In this document: in pieces, positions 11,152 through 64,000 of the stretch | Numbering within the stretch: the first letter of the stretch is position 1 | Layout of the letters: every line of letters begins with the position of its first letter | Origin: Stylophora pistillata | Taxonomy: Eukaryota | Length of the DNA stretch: 64,000 nt | Assembly (NCBI RefSeq): GCF_002571385.2 | Contig: NW_019217885.1 | Location: forward strand, 260,207 to 324,206 | Direction: 5' to 3' | Translations under genes and position numbers: made by a program | Notes under the pieces: generated by a model | Databases searched by the model: none | Seen by the model: the letters and a program-made list of their open reading frames with translations, nothing else | Told to the model about the DNA's origin: nothing

Positions 11152-14100
11152 GATTTTTTTCAGGTCTGATTTTCGCTATTGCATAAATAGCGCTATCTAC
11201 TGCGAAGGATCGTGCATCATACGTATTTAATACCGCAGTTCAAAATATATGAACTTCATATATTCATTGATNNNNNNNNNNNNNNNNNNNNNNNNNNNNN
11301 NNNNNNNNNNNNNNNNNNNNNNNNNNNNNNNNNNNNNNNNNNNNNNNNNNNNNNNNNNNNNNNNNNNNNNNNNNNNNNNNNNNNNNNNNNNNNNNNNNNN
11401 NNNNNNNNNNNNNNNNNNNNNNNNNNNNNNNNNNNNNNNNNNNNNNNNNNNNNNNNNNNNNNNNNNNNNNNNNNNNNNNNNNNNNNNNNNNNNNNNNNNN
11501 NNNNNNNNNNNNNNNNNNNNNNNNNNNNNNNNNNNNNNNNNNNNNNNNNNNNNNNNNNNNNNNNNNNNNNNNNNNNNNNNNNNNNNNNNNNNNNNNNNNN
11601 NNNNNNNNNNNNNNNNNNNNNNNNNNNNNNNNAGAAGTAATTAGGTAAGTACACCAACTATAAAGTATGAATTTCAAGCGTTGCCACTAAGTCACGTTCA
11701 AGAAGAACTGTCATGGCAGCTGTCACATCCAGAGGATATATTTGTCCTACACTAGCTGTGCTATGTGTATTACGCTCTTACTTCCTACAATGTAACTCCG
11801 TTTGTAAGTTTATTTTGCAAGGGCCACAACGAGAGAGAGGACTGTATTTCTATCCAAATGTATATTTCTATAAGTTATTTATCGAGGGAAACGTCGTCAC
11901 AAAGTGAATAGCGTGAATCCCTCGACATGGTATCTGAACCACTTGATCCGGCATAAGAAACACTGGCTGACTCGGACAGAACAGATAATATCCAAGGTAA
12001 TAGGGTCGAAATTAAATGGTTTTTGACTCCCTAGAAGCGAAAAGAGACGCTCAGAATTTGTTAGCTCTTTCCACGCGCAAGACTGAGCGCAAATTTGAAT
12101 ATTAATTTTGAAATTCTTTGTAATTCAAATGAGTTTTCCGACTTCAATGGGCGTGTTCAACATAATCGACATCGAATTTCAGCTCACTACACAACTGACA
12201 GTAATATATTGAACCATTAGGTTTATTTTGTTTCGGCTGAGCACCAGCGTACAATAATGAAGAAAAACATATACAAAACCGTTGCATTCTCAGTAATCGT
12301 CATTACAGCACACGACAAAACGACATACCGAGAGGTATGGTGGAGGATTCTAGTTGCGTTACAATAAAATTTGCCTGATCCTCTTAAGCTCTGTAATATT
12401 ATAATTTAGGATCCCTCCCCCGTTGGCAGTAAATTTTCCCTTATACTCTTTTGGCGACGACTGGTGCTCCTGCGTTCCCCCTGAAAACCATATGATCCCT
12501 CTGTAATCCTCCGGTCCTCCAGGAGAGAAATAATGATTAGTCCATAAGTTACCATATTTCCTTGAATAAACGCCCACCCCCGAGGTCATCATATCAAAAG
12601 AGCGCCCCCTTCGAATAGGCGGTCCCCCCTCCTCCCTCACTTTTTGAAATAGTAGGGAAACGGGGGAAACTGTTTTTATTACCACTTTATTTACAACTTT
12701 TTAAGCTTCAACCGCGTATTAGTACAGATTGTTTTTTTGTTTTTTTTAATCAGCGCCCTCCTCTCCTTTAGCCGAAATTTAAAATAAGCGCCCGAGTAAA
12801 ATATGGCTTCTGCTACTAGTCAGTGATTATCGGATCTGTTTTTCATTTCTAAGGGCATTTCGAAGAAACAAGGTGCTGCTGTGTTTTAATCTGCCCAGCT
12901 GTCGTACGAACAACCGTCTATGTCACTTTTAAAACTTTGAATCCCTTTTCTATCCAGTTGAGTATTCTCACGTACATTCTCCTTTCCATTTGTGAGATCT
13001 AAAGAGGTGTTCATTGGCCAAGAATAGAGCAAAAGAAGGAAAGAGCACCGTGTCGTCCGCCCGGAAAAACGCCAATTTGGATAGAGCTGATCTCTCCAAT
13101 TACTTAAATAGAAATTTCCACCTTTGCCACCCCCTCAGATATTTGTACAGAAGACAACAGCTCGACTCTTTGGACAGAACCAAACCTTGTAGGCGAGGAA
13201 AGGGATAATGCGTCAAATCAGAGTTCAATGCATAAATCAATCAAAATGGAGTGACTGAGTGAGTGAATTTTAGGTCACATTCCTGAACCTCGTAACATAA
13301 CTAATGCCATACCATGGGGTAAAAAGTAAGAAAAAAAAAAAAAAAAAAACCCTAACAATGTCATTTCACTCCAAAATAATTAAATAAATAAGATTAATAG
13401 GTCACAGACCTACAAAGGGTTCAGCAGTCTTTTTTATTTTTAAGTTCATCTTTGAAAGTGAACGCCAACAATATCTCGTGCACCTCTCTTGTTACTTGTC
13501 GTTAAATATATAAAACATCGCAGCAATAGGGGTTTCCCTTGAATAAAGCTAACAAAAACTCGGGTTGATAAGAAAAAGGTTCAGAGATTTTTCTTAATCA
13601 ACCACAGCTTATCTGGAAGACTTGTAAATGAACAAGTACTCACAAAAAAATTCGCTTTGACATGTTCATAACATTACAATAGCGTGAGTAAGTCTTGCCA
13701 CAAGTTTGTCACCTACTTGAGGGAGATTTCGAATTCCCACTAAACCTCATAATTTCTACTGCCTTTGTCTTATTTTTCAACCAAGCTGATATTGGGATAA
13801 GGGTTTTTTACTCGCCTGATATTAATTAAGTCTGACTAGTCAATCCTCAAATAACCTTAGAGACGTCCTTATTTCTGCGGAGTGACATTTCAGTTTAAAA
13901 TTACCAAGCTAAGGTTTAGTAGTACAGTATTAAGATCATCTACAAGACGCTTCCAGATTTTAAAATGTCTCAAAAAGGCAGTATTTCCTAGTGTGGTGAG
14001 CTAAAATATCTTTCACAGTTTACGAAAAATGTTGTTCTTGTTTTATTTCGCTTTAATTCGGCCACTACTAGAGATAAGTTTTTAACTTGGAAAAACAGGA

Positions 14101-14194
14101 ACCCCTTGTCTCCGCGCGATTATTAATTGCCGTTAGCACCTTCTTTAACGCGATAATTTATAAAAATAATAGAATAATTCTCTCTTGTTTTCTG

Positions 14195-63808
<49,614 letters not shown>

Positions 63809-64000
63809 CTGTACCAGAGAACAAAGAAAATATACCTTACATGATATCGCCTGCTGACAATTTCCAGTGGAAAGAACCCTTGTGCTTAAGTTGTTATGAG
63901 AATAATTGACAAGGATAGTTGACTGGCAGGATTGCTGTCTCATTTTAGGAATGAAATTCGTTCAAGGATGTTTTTAGTCGACCAAGTGTTCACGCTAGAC

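Noticed and set aside
11212-11677. ORFs spanning poly-X (also 48273-48872)
   Set aside because: Artefacts of assembly gaps (N runs).

Overview
Intron-rich, AT-rich animal genomic DNA, probably a scleractinian coral (inferred from the repeat families and gene content, not proven). It has assembly gaps at 11272-11632, 15748-15758 and 48393-48766. Two convergent genes are supportable. (1) On the + strand, a three-coding-exon Mab-21/cGAS-like receptor (cGLR-type nucleotidyltransferase, about 470 aa; 1742-2146, 4016-4247, 4952-5727) whose first catalytic acidic motif is atypical. (2) On the - strand, a giant extracellular-matrix/membrane gene covering at least 14195-63808 and running off the right edge. 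I count 90 single-domain, phase-1/phase-1 EGF exons (mostly calcium-binding type), then a VWA exon lacking a MIDAS motif, two more EGF exons, a ZP module, a furin site, a transmembrane helix and a short tail. This resembles the Dumpy/FBN-1/uromodulin architecture. The EGF array shows active exon birth and death: multi-exon tandem duplications, a higher-order super-repeat, many decayed pseudo-exons, and one exon with intact splice sites but an in-frame TGA. Introns carry MITEs, a LINE 3' remnant, Penelope-like remnants with hammerhead-like motifs, tRNA-derived repeats and minisatellites. All exon boundaries were read by eye from splice signals and reading frame; there is no transcript evidence.
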